From: Mobula hypostoma
Taxonomy: Eukaryota
NCBI RefSeq assembly: GCF_963921235.1
Contig: NC_086097.1
Span: forward strand, 39,310,001 to 39,374,000
Direction of reading: 5' to 3'
Length of the DNA stretch: 64,000 nucleotides
This document shows, one piece after another, positions 13,049-23,976 of the stretch. How positions within the stretch are numbered: the stretch's first letter is position 1; each line of letters opens with the position of its first letter. Below the pieces are notes generated by a model. It saw only the letters and a list, made by a program, of their open reading frames with translations. It was not told the DNA's origin and did no database searches. The position numbers were made by a program, and so were the translations under genes.

Positions 13049-14904
13049 CTGCACAAAATCAGCAAGTATATTAGAAAAGGCCTCCGCAACACTTTAAACT
13101 CAGGAATTTCCTAAGTTTACTATTTACACCCCCAAAATACTGATCTATTAATAGAAAGCACATTGTCAAATAAAATAATTAAGTAATCCAAAATTAGTTG
13201 TAAATTGGCTCAAGTGAAGTGGGAAAGTGACACTTGAATTTAATTCCTCACAATACCTACACTGCGATCCATTTGTGCAATTACCCGTTCAGCTTTGATG
13301 GTTTGCTACCCGGTAACACCCTTGGTACATACCATTATGGTAATTCGTCTGTTATGTTTTCTATTGCTGTCTTTTGTAACGTTACCTGATGCATGCTCGG
13401 TTCACAACAAATTTACCATCCATTACATTGACTGCTGTTAGGTCTCACGATTGATGCTACCCACTATCCCTGGAACGTTCTGTAAGGTCACAACTTTTTT
13501 TTGCTGATGTTGATTGTTATTTGTTCTCTCTAACCTTCCCTCTTGAAGCATTCCCCTTACTAAGTTGCTGCTATCATAAACGGGTCCTCTTCCTCAGGTA
13601 CACCTCCTTCCCGCCTCTACGAGCCCCACCTCTTTAATTGCTGGCATCAATATTCCCCACTTGATTCTCTGTCACTGCAAACTCCCTCTATCGATTGCTC
13701 CCAATCCCATTGAATGAGCTTGTACCTCCCAAATATTTATCTTTCTTATGCTCCTTACCTCAGTCTCTCCAATAAGTTTCCTGTAACTGCACCAAAACAG
13801 TAATATTCTCTATGGGCATAATGCATTTCCACCTCCCCTACCCTTCTCCGGCCTCTAAGTACGATGAGTCACACACTCTTCTCTTGTCTGCAGTGCAGCT
13901 CAGTGTGAAATCGTCTAACTATCCAAATGTAGCCCACTATCCAGCTTACTCCTCATCTCCACTCCTCCTTTGGTTATATAACACGCTAGCTCTGCGGAGC
14001 CAGTTCCAAGCTTCCAGCTTGTCATACAATCTGCTTGATAAAGCCATGATTTCATCCAATTGATTAGTTACAATACTAAAAAAAAAGTTGGTCTCTATTA
14101 CATACATTTGCCACCAATTCTACCTTCCTTAGTCTGAATCAATGAGTTTTGCAATCAAGTGTCCTTTGTGACTCATTGCAAGCACAAACATTCTGGCATC
14201 ATGACATTAACTTCCTTTGTCCATACCTCAGCTCATCCATGACTAAAACCCTCATCTATGCCATTACCATTTCTTAATTTGACTACTCCAAAATTGGCAG
14301 AGTCAGTTTCCAATTCTCTATACTCAGTAAACTTCAGCTTGAATAAAACACTGCTCCTATCTTCTCACCACTGGATCCTGTGCTGACTTGTATTGACACC
14401 TGGTCACCTATACTAAGTTGGCAGGGGGATGGGGACCAGAGCAATGGGCCAGTTGGTATACAAGTAGATACAGTGTGTCGTGAGACTGAGGAAGGATAGA
14501 GCAAAATTGCAGTCAGTGGGATGAGTTGAAGTATAACTTGGGGGCAAAATCAAAAATGGTGATGAATACAGGGTGGAAGGTGTTATATTTGAATGCATGC
14601 AGTATATGGAATAAGGTAGATGATCTTGTAGCGCAGTTAAAGATTGGCAGGTATGATGTTGTGGGCATACTGCTGAGTTGTGGCTGAAAGAAGATTATAG
14701 TTAGGAGCTTCACATCCAAGCATACACATTGTACCAAAAGGACAAGTAGGTAGGCAGAGGGCTGGGGTAGCTCTGTTGGTAAAAAATGGAATCAAATCCT
14801 TGAAAAGAGGTGACATAGGATTGGAAGATGTCGAATCCTTAAGAAACTGCAAGGGTAAAAAGACCCTAATGGGAGTTACAGACTGACCTTCAAACAGTAG
14901 CTAG

Positions 14905-15736
14905 TGTGACAAAAAACCAAGTTATCAGAAGATTGATGCTAATGAGAGAGAGATAAGTGAGACAATAGAGAAACATTCAAAATGCTAACAAGAGAGAAGA
15001 GAGAGATTAACGAGAAAGAAACACATTTCAGAATATTGACAGACCGGTTGCTTTGAACCTGAACTGTTTGAAGTTTGATGGACAGGCGATAGCCCAGCAG
15101 GGGGATAAAAAGAACAGGTTCGCTAAGGCACGACACACCACGAGATCACGAGATAACGAGACCCTGGAAGAGCGGTGTGCCCCCACAAGTTGGTGAGAGT
15201 TGGAGGTCTGGTTCGAGGGAACCGACCATAGACTGACAGGGTGAAAAGGGACGATCGGCGGGAACCTGGTGTGTGTGTGTCCGCCCTTGCCTGGGTGCCG
15301 GGTTCACCGTGGAAGAACGGTCGTATCCGGAACAGAGGGGTCACAGTCGGTGACCACAGAAGACATAAAAGGGTTTGCCCGAAAGCTAACTGTGAAGAAC
15401 ATCAAAGGTCTGTTTGAATCAAAATTTGCATTCTCTCTCTCTCTCCAATGGCACAACAGTGATTACTGCGAACTGTACTAAGCTGAACTGAACTCTGCGT
15501 CACGTGAGACTGATCATTTTACCCCTAGACTGCGATAGAGATTGGTTGATTCCTATTACCCTAGTTCTGTGTACATGTGTCTTTTATCATTGCTAACCTG
15601 TTGCGTTTATACCCTTACGATTAGAGTACTTATTTACTTATTTCTTTAATAAAACTTTATTAGTTTCCAGTATCCAGACTCCAACTAAGTGGTCCATTTC
15701 TGCTGGTTTGGCAACCCAGTTACAGGGTACGTAACA
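14905..15736 (+). mobile_element. Solo LTR (family A), 4-bp TSD CTAG
   Basis: TGT...ACA termini; CTAG at 14901-14904 and 15737-15740; AATAAA near the 3' end; homologous to 44166-45076. Confidence 0.9.
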
Positions 15737-18133
15737 CTAGGGTGTGGGATATAAATTACAATGGGAAATACAAAAGGCATGTGAAAAGGGTAATGTTACA
15801 ATAGTCATGGGAGATTTCAAAATGCAGACGGATTGGGAAAATCAGTTTGGTGCTGGGTCACAAGAGACTGAATTTGTGGAGAAGGCGTTTTAGAGCAGTT
15901 TGAGGTTGAGCCTACTGGGGGAAAGATAATTCTGCATTGAATGATGTTGAATGAACCAGATTTCATAAGGCAGATTAAGTTAAAGAAACCTTAGAAGGCA
16001 GTGTTCATAATATGACAGAATTCACTCTGCAACTTGAAAGGGAAAAGCTAAAGTTAGATGTATAAGTATATGGTTTCATTGCACATCTGTATTTTGTGCT
16101 ATTTTTAATGCATATTTGTATTTTAAAGTATGTATTTCTGACTGAGCAACCTTGCACAATAACGTCCTTTGGAATAAATAAAGTTGTATCTTATCGTATC
16201 AGTATTATAGTGGAGCAAATGGAATTACAGAGGCACGAGAGAGGAGTTAGCTAAAGCTGGTTGGAAGGGGCACTAGCAGAGATGACAGCAGAAAAACAAT
16301 GGCTGGAGTTTCTGGGGGTAGTTCAGAAGGCACAGAATAGATGCATCTCAAAGATGAAGAAATATTATAAAGGGAGATTGAGAAAACCGTTGCTGACGAG
16401 GGAAGTCAAGTAGAGCATAAAAGCCTTAGAGAAGGCATATAATATAGTAAAAATCAGTGGGAAGTTAGAAGATCGGGAAGCTTTAAAAAACCAACAAAAG
16501 GCCACTAAAAAGTTATCAGGAGAGACAAGGTTAAATATAAAGGTAAGCTAGCCAATAATATAAAAGAGGATACCAAAAGTTTTTTTCAGATATACAGTAT
16601 AAAGAGTAAAAGAGAGGTGAGAGTGGATATTAGAACCCTGGAAAATTACGCTGGAGAGGTGGATAATGGGGGACAAAGAAATGGCAGGAACTTTGATAAA
16701 TATTTTGCGTCAGTCTTCACTGTGGAGGACACTAGCGATATGCCAGAAGTTCAAGAGTGCTGGGGCAGAAGTGAGCAGTTGCTATTACTAAGAAGAATGT
16801 GCTTGGGAAGCTGAAAGTGCTGAAGGTAGATAAGTCACCTGGATAAGGTGGCCTATACCCCAGGGTCCTGAAAAAGTTAGCTGAAGAGATTGCAAAGGCA
16901 TTAGTAATGATCTTCCAAGAATCATGAGATTCCAGAATGGTTCCAGAGGACTGGAAAATTGCAACTGTCACTGAACTATTTAAGCAGGAAGGGAGGCAGA
17001 AGAAAGGAAATTATAGACCAGTTACCCTGACCTCAGTGGTTGGGAAGATATTGGAGTCCATTATTAAGGATGAGGTTACAGGGTACTTGGAGGCTCATGA
17101 TAAAATAGGCCGTAGTCAGTGTGGTTTCCTTAAGGGGAAATCTGTTGGAATTCTTTCAGGCAAGACAGACAAAGGGAGTCAGTGGATTCTGTTTACTTCA
17201 ATTTTCAGAAGGCCTTTGACATAAGACCACTTAACAAGATAAGAGGCCACGCTATTACAGGAAAGATACTAGCATGGATAGAAAATTGGCCGACGGGTAG
17301 GAGGCAAAGAGTGGGAATAAAGGGAGCCTTTTCTGGTTGGGCTGTGCTGACTAGTGGTGTTCCACAGGGGCTGGTGTTGGGGCTGCTTCCTTTCACACTG
17401 TACGCCATTGACTTGGATGATGGAACTGATGGCTTTGTGGCAAAGTTTGCAGATGATACAAAAGAGCAGCTAGTGTTGAGGTAGTGTCTAAGTCTGCAGA
17501 AAGACCTAGACAAATTGTGAGAATGGGCAAAGAAGAAGCAGATAGAATGGAAGAAGTAAAGGCCTAGACTATTTTCTAAACAGGGAGAAAATTCAAAAAT
17601 CGGAGGTGCAAAAGGAGTCCTTGTGCAGGATTTCCTGCAGGTTAATGTGGAGGTTGAGTTGGTGGTAAGGAAGGCAAATGCAATGTTAGCATTCATTTCA
17701 AGAGGACTAGAACACAAGAACAAGGATGTAATGCTAAGGCTTTATAAGGCAATAGCCAGACTGCATTTGGAGTATTATGAGCCCTATATCTAAGAACAGA
17801 TGTGCTTTCATTGGAGAGGGTGCAAGAGATTCATGAGAATGATTCCGGTAACAAAGGGTTAATGTATGGCTCTGGGCCTGTCCTCACTGGAGTTTAGAAG
17901 AATGGGCGGGGATCTCACTGAAACCTATCAAACATTGAAAGGCTGAGATAGAGTGCATTTGGAGAAAATTTTATCTTCATGTGGGTGAGTCTAGGACCAG
18001 AGGGCACAGCCTCAGAATAGAAGAGCATCCATTTAGAACGGAGACGAGGAGGAATTTCTTCAGCCAGCCAGTACTGAACCTGTGGAATTCATTGCCACAG
18101 ACAGCTGTGGAGGCCAAGTCAATGAGTATATTT

Positions 18134-18216
18134 TGTGAGGGGGGGGTCCTGAAGTACTCCTATTAACTGTGCTGTTGAAAAAAGAGAGAGAGTTATTTAC
18201 CACCGATAGCTTGTTT

Positions 18217-18253
<37 letters not shown>

Positions 18254-19079
18254 GAAGACTAACGGTTGGACTGTCACTTTAAGGCACTGGAAGTAACTTT
18301 GGATTTCTACTGAGCTGGAGTTGGAGACAGCACCGAGCAGCTCAAAAGTTGCTATGGTGACTGAAAGCAGGTTGTTGATACTTTTTCAAGGACTTTTGCC
18401 TGCTTGCATTTTTTCACAGACAAAGGAAGGAGGGATTATTTGAATGACAATTGATGGTCAGTACGGGAAGATAAAATAGGAGGTCAGATGATACAGACCT
18501 CAGACACATGATTTGGACACTGAATGAGCATTGTTGTGCCCGCAGATAAAGTGGGCTTTGGAGGATCGATCAGGTGGATCGATCCATCGCTCTTGCAGTG
18601 GAAAGAAGGAAAAGGGGTTGACTGGTGGGGAGTTGTCCATGTGTCCACCCTCGCCTGGGGGATAGCTCCACCACAGAAAACCGGTCCCCTTTGTTAAAGT
18701 CACAGTCAGTGACTTTTAAAGGATTTCGAAGGACAACAAGAAGATCGACGGCGTCAGCTCACCTGAAGACTCAAATCTCTCCCTCTCTCTCTCCATCACT
18801 ACTCAACTCAATACCACGAACTGAACTGAACTTTACTCATCATCGTAAGACTGTACCTTTTTACCCCTAGACTGAAAGAAGCTTGGTTTTCCATACATAT
18901 ATTTCCACACTTACTGATATACTTACATATATAATCATTGCTAACCTGTTTGATTTATCTACATTTATATTACTGTATTGCATAGTTACTAATAAATATT
19001 ATTAGTTTATAGCAATACTGGACTCCAAAGTGTTTTCCATCTCTGCTGGTTCTTTATTCCTGTCACGGGGTACGTGACA
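18134..19079 (+). mobile_element. Solo LTR (related family B), 4-bp TSD ATTT
   Basis: TGT...ACA termini; ATTT at 18130-18133 and 19080-19083; 3' part (TTACCCCTAGACTG, CATTGCTAACCTGTT, GGGGTACGT) shared with family A; internal (GA)n tract. Confidence 0.88.
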
Positions 19080-19121
19080 ATTTAAAGCAGAGATTGACAA
19101 GTTCTTGATTGGTCAAGGCAT

Positions 19122-19481
19122 TAGTCATAGTCATACTTTATTGATCCCGGGGGAAATTGGTTTTCGTTACAGTTGCACCATAAATAGTAATAACACCATA
19201 AATAGTTAAATAGTAATATGTAAATTATGCCAGGAAATAAGTCCAGGACCAGCCTATTAGCTCAGGGTGTCTGACCCTCCAGGGGAGGAGATGTAAAGTT
19301 TGATGGCCACAGGCAGGAATGACTTCCTATGATGCTCAGTGTTGCATCTTGGTGGAATGAGTCTCTGGCTGAATGTACTCCTGTGCCCACCCAGTACATT
19401 ATGTAGTGGATGGGAGACATTGTCCAAGATGGCATGCAACTTGGAAAGCATCCTCTTTTCAGACACCACCGTCAGAGAGTC
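19122..19481 (-). mobile_element. Rex1/Babar-type LINE 3' end
   Basis: ILDNVSHPLH...RKSFLPVAIKLY; tail AATAAAGTATGACTATGACT. Confidence 0.75.
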
Positions 19482-19941
19482 AAGAGGATGGGATTGAGAG
19501 GGAGAATAAATCAGCCATGATGGAATTGTGGAACAGACTCTTCTGTCTTATAGTCTAAAACTTGCACACTATAGCGATTCACACAAAGTGCTCAGCACCC
19601 ATGGGGAGGAATGAACAGTTGATATTTTGGGCCAAGACCCTTCATCAGAACTGGAAAGAAAAACTGCAGCAGCCAGATTAACACGGTAGGGGGAAGGGAA
19701 GGTGTACAAGCTGGCTGGTGAAAGGTGAGACCAGGTGTCGAGGAATTAAGTAAACTGGGAGGTGGAAGAGGTAATGGGATGAAGAAATAATCCAATAGGA
19801 GACAGTGAACCATAGAAGAAAGGGAAGGAGAAGGGGCACCAGAGGGAGCTGATGGACATGGGAGGAGAAGGGGTGAGAGTGGAACTAGAATGGGGAATGG
19901 AAAGGAGAGAAGGGAAGTGAGAACAACTGATGTTCTTGCCA

Positions 19942-20172
19942 CACACATCAAAGTTGCTGGTGAACGCAGCAGGCCAGGCAGCATCTGTAGGAAGAGGTGC
20001 AGTCGACGTTTCAGGCCGAAACCCTTCGTCAGGACTGCAGTCGACGTTTCAGGGTCTCGGCCTGAAAAGTCGACTGCACCTCTTCCTACAGATGCTGCCT
20101 GGCCTGCTGCGTTCACCAGCAACTTTGATGTGTGTTGCTTGAATTTCCAGCATCTGCAGAATTCCTGTTGTT
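19942..20172. mobile_element. Young Penelope-like fold-back insertion with a 14-bp TSD
   Basis: TGATGTTC(T/A)TGCCA at 19928-19941 and 20173-20186; near-perfect arms at about 19942-20025 and 20051-20134. Confidence 0.85.
20006..20047 (-). ncRNA. Hammerhead ribozyme motif (type-III topology possible)
   Basis: Minus strand reads ACGUC-GAC(UGCA)GUC-CUGACGA-AGG(GUUUCGG)CCU-GAAA-CGU. All conserved core nucleotides and three helices are present. Activity is untested. Confidence 0.75.
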
Positions 20173-21040
20173 TGATGTTCATGCCATCAGGTTGGAAGCT
20201 ATGAGCTACTACTTCTCCAACCTTAACGTGGCCTCATCGTGGCAGAGGCAGTGGCTTTTCTTTGCTGGAATAGCTTCCACACATCTTGAAAACCTGTCCA
20301 CTATTAACAGTACTCCTGAGTATCCTTGACACTTTGGTAAAGAGTTCACTTGTAAGAGTAAAAATGGGCCAGGCAGTGCAGGAGCATTTCATTGTGGTAG
20401 CTCTTATACTGCTCCAGCGTTCATTTTCTGGCATGTCATGCACCTTTCAAACGTTTATCCAGCTTGTGTGCTAGACTTTGGATTCCACACCATTGGGAGA
20501 ATCTGTCAATCATCTTTTCCACTCCATTGTGTCCCAGAGTGTGTATTTGTCGTGCCAGATGAGGAAGCAACATAGTTGGGACTGCCAGTCTGTGACTATT
20601 GCCATATCTCCATACTCACTGAATCTCCCACCTCTCTCCATTCAGAACCTCTTTTTCTGTGGACAACATTGAGCACGCATCTCTTGGATATCTAGTATGT
20701 TTGTTTGTGATACAGAGTTCAAATTCATTTCCGTAATTCCAGTTGTCCGATTCACTGCATATGCCTTCGGTATTTCTTTGACTTGTTCCTATGCTACCTT
20801 TCCATTGTAGTCAGGTTGGAGTGGCTTTTACACCAACTTCTGACCGCAGCTGTATGACATCCGTAAGTTCTTGTACTAGTTGGTCAATCTTGATTGGGGT
20901 TCCTAAGGTTATAAGAAATCATCTCTGTCTCCATAAGTTTCCAAAGTCATGAATAACTCCAAAAGCGTATTGAGAATCAGTGTAGATATTAGCCCATCTT
21001 CCTTCTGCCAACTCACAGCCTTCACTAAATCTTTCAGTTT

Positions 21041-21661
21041 TTAGATTATGAAGACACGTAGTCCTCTTTTATTGTCATTTAGTAATGCATGCATTAAGAA
21101 ATGATACATTATTTCCTCCAGTGTGATATCACAAAACACAGGACAGACCAAGACTGAAAAAACTGACAGAACCACATAATTATAACATATAGTTACAAAC
21201 AGTGCAACAATACCATAACTTGAAGAAGTCCATGAGCACAGTAAAGTTCCAAGTTTCTGAAGTGTCCCACATCTCACGCAGGCGGGAGAAGGAAGAAAAA
21301 CTCTCCCTGCCATGCCGACCACAATCCGACTTTGAGTCATCCGAAAACTTCGAGCTCTGATCAGCTCCGCGACACCGAGTACTGAGCGCCATCTCTGCCC
21401 GAACGATTTGACCTCCTTCTCGGTCGCCAAAAGCAGGCAAAGTTGGGGATTTTGAGGCCTACCATCCGAAAGATTCCCGACCACACAGTAACGACAGCAG
21501 TGAACGGGCATTTCAGAAATTTCTCCAGATGTTCCTCTGTGCTTTAACGTCCATTCTCCATCAAATCAGAATTGTCCACGGCCCCTATTTAACAGATACA
21601 ATATCATTTTTCACCGGAGGGCTGCGCACATGCAGGCGCGTCGCCATCTTCTCCTCCCACC
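21041..21661 (-). mobile_element. Non-autonomous non-LTR element (LINE-like head + tail) inserted in the ERV RNase H region
   Basis: 5' head with AAGATGGCG, CpG-rich body, 3' AATAAAAGAGGACTACGTGTCTTCATAATCTAA; no credible ORF. Confidence 0.55.
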
Positions 21662-22649
21662 TATCGCACAGAGGCACCAGGAGCTCAGCTTCCTGATGCC
21701 AGCATTTCAGTTTGAGAAACAACTGCCCATCCAGCCATTCGAATTCCTCTCTCAATCACAGTATAGATCCAGGTTCAATAAAGGCATTTCTTTGTAATAA
21801 TTTGTCTTTTCACAGTCACGGTCATCATAGTCGTTCCTGTCCGATGATGACAGTGTAGCCGGACTTGCCCGTTGAGTGATGATATTAGGTGCCCCGAAGA
21901 ACGGTAGACCACTTGGATCACAGAGCAGCTGTTACCTGAGAGGTCCTGTTCATTGTGAGTAAAGTGTGTGCTGAGGGTGGACATCGAACGGTTAAAATTT
22001 GATGCAGCACAATGCTAGAAACAGCCATGACTGCCAGATGGGTTGCCTGCACTGCTTGCAAACATGGACCCCAGTTTAATGCTACATTATCTAACTTAGC
22101 AGACTGATAATCAGCAGGACGTTGTTGGTCTCTATGTTCCTGAGTTAAGACTGTCACCCATGTTAGCCATGTTTACTGTTGACAATTCAGGATAAATAGG
22201 CTATCTGTATCAATGATTCCTAATGCAGATGCAGTACACAATGTTGTACTTAAAGTCTGAAATGTTTTCAGTTGTTCTTCATTGAGTCACAGGGTTGTCT
22301 GAACATTTACAGCCCATCAGCAGGTTGTTGAGTGGTTGAGCAATTTCAGCATATAAATCGACCCATGCTCTGTTATAATTGCACAAACCCAGAAACGACC
22401 AAAGTTGCTGATACGTTGTAAGAGGCTTTGCTGATTCAATGGTTTTTGCGCCATCCTCATTGATTTCCTCTTTATCTTGGGAAATATTTTGTCCCAAGTA
22501 CATTACTTCCTCTTGTTGCAATTGGATCTTGCCCATATTTACTTTGTGGAGGATGGATAACCGAACAAATAAAGCAGATCGTGTTCACGCTGGCCAGCAG
22601 CTTCAGATATAATCAGGACAGCATCCACATATTGTATGACAGATTAGAA

Positions 22650-23055
22650 AGGAGGTGCATAGAAGGAAAGACTGTATAGGTTAGGACCGTATTCCTTGGA
22701 ACGTAGACAACTGAGAGGAGATTTAATAAAAGGGTTTAGGTAGGGTAAATGCAAGCAGTCTTTCTCCACTGCAACCAGAGGTCATGGATTAACAGTGAAA
22801 GGTGAAAAGTTTAAGGGGAACACGAGGGAAAACTTCTTCACTCAGATGATCGTGAGAGTGTGGAATGAGCTGCCAGTGCAAGTGCTACATGCAAGCTTGA
22901 TTTCAACGCTGAAGATTGGATAGGTACATGGATGGTTGTGGTAAGGAGTGCAATGGTCTTGGTGCAGGTTGATAGGAGTAGGCAGTTTGGTTTCAGCATG
23001 GACTAGATGGGCTGAAGGGCCTGTTTCTGTGATGTACTTCTCTATGACTCTATTA
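22650..23055 (+). mobile_element. CR1 3' fragment inside the ERV
   Basis: CR1 3' end GGACTAGATGGGCTGAAGGGCCTGTTTCTGTG...CTATGACTCTA. Confidence 0.8.
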
Positions 23056-23655
23056 ACTCTTTCAATTGCTCATACATTCAATCAAACCAACCATGCTGTC
23101 TTTATTTCTAAATCAGTAGTAGGCATTTTCTGGATCTTAACATAGGCCTTCTTATTCTTAATAAATTTAACTTTGTTGGTATTTTTAGTCTGGACTTTTT
23201 CACTAATTTTATCAGACTTCTGCAGGTAAGAGCTCTTAGTAAGTTTCACAACTTTGGCCATTGTTTGATTCGCTCTTAATTTATATGTACTTTGGATATG
23301 ATCCTGAAATATTAATAGATTGTAACTAAATAGATGGTTCCAGCAACCAAATAGGTTGATTCAACAACCAAATAGATCGCAGCCAAGTAGATACATACCC
23401 AATATTTTTACTAGGTACCAAAATAGATCGACTGGCAACCAAAATAAAGTGTGACCGAATAGATTGCAACCAGTATTTTCCCAACTGTTTTGCTTTTTAA
23501 GTAGGAACCCAGCAGGCCTCAGTCCTAATTTCCACCTGATATTCAAAACAAAAACCCTTTCTCTCTCAGACAACAGGGGAAGTTCTTACCCTTTTTGTTG
23601 TGCGCTAAAAATTCCTCCTTTGTCTTCAGTTGTTCCAAGTCCTAAACTCCATAAT

Positions 23656-23673
23656 ATTCTGCTGACTATGCCA
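23656..23673 (-). promoter_or_regulatory. ERV primer-binding site, tRNA-Ser
   Basis: TGGCATAGTCAGCAGAAT versus the tRNA-Ser complement TGGCGTAGTCGGCAGGAT (15/18; two of the differences are CpG decay). It lies 2 nt after an LTR-like ...CAACA end. Confidence 0.75.
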
Positions 23674-23976
23674 ATTGTTGGATTCTGATGGTTTTGATCC
23701 AAGATTCTTTAAGGACTCATGAAAGAGCTACAACGTTTGTTGCTTCATGATTGTTTTATTAAGAGTTGATAAAAGAGAGTACAGATCAACAGACAGAGAT
23801 AGGGGTCTACTAGTGAAGAGAAAGCTAAGATTAAAGATACTAGGAAGACTAAGATGTGCTGCTCTGTGTTTAGCAATTTGATACTCAAAGAGATAAAGAA
23901 ACATTTCATTCCAATTTACAGATAAGAATTAACCAATCAGAAAGCTATTATTTGAATATTGCAATACCAAGTTAAC

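Larger units (their letters stand above)
14415..19556 (+). mobile_element. CR1 LINE (APE + RT), interrupted by two solo LTRs and two LINE tails
   Basis: LYLNACSIWNK, VPEDWKIATV, NYRPVTLTSVVGKILE, SGVPQG, KFADDTK and SRTRGHSLRI. The CR1 text resumes seamlessly across the insertions. Confidence 0.92.
19580..20250 (-). mobile_element. Older Penelope-like 3' fragment hosting a younger fold-back insertion
   Basis: GIY-YIG C-terminal remnant (LQPDGMNI) at about 20175-20200, purine-rich 3' UTR, degenerate hammerhead at about 19620-19655. Confidence 0.7.
20253..23975 (-). mobile_element. Decayed endogenous retrovirus (class I, gamma/epsilon-like): partial 5' LTR, PBS, RT, tether, RNase H, integrase N-terminal half
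   Basis: VIQYVDA (decayed YVDD, ~22630); FLGLCNYNRAWVDLYAEIAQPL; YQSAKLDNVALNWGPCLQA; NIYTDSQYAFGVIHDFGNLWRQR*FL; GYSGVLLIVDRFSRCVEAIP. Domain order is RT-RH-IN. Confidence 0.88.
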
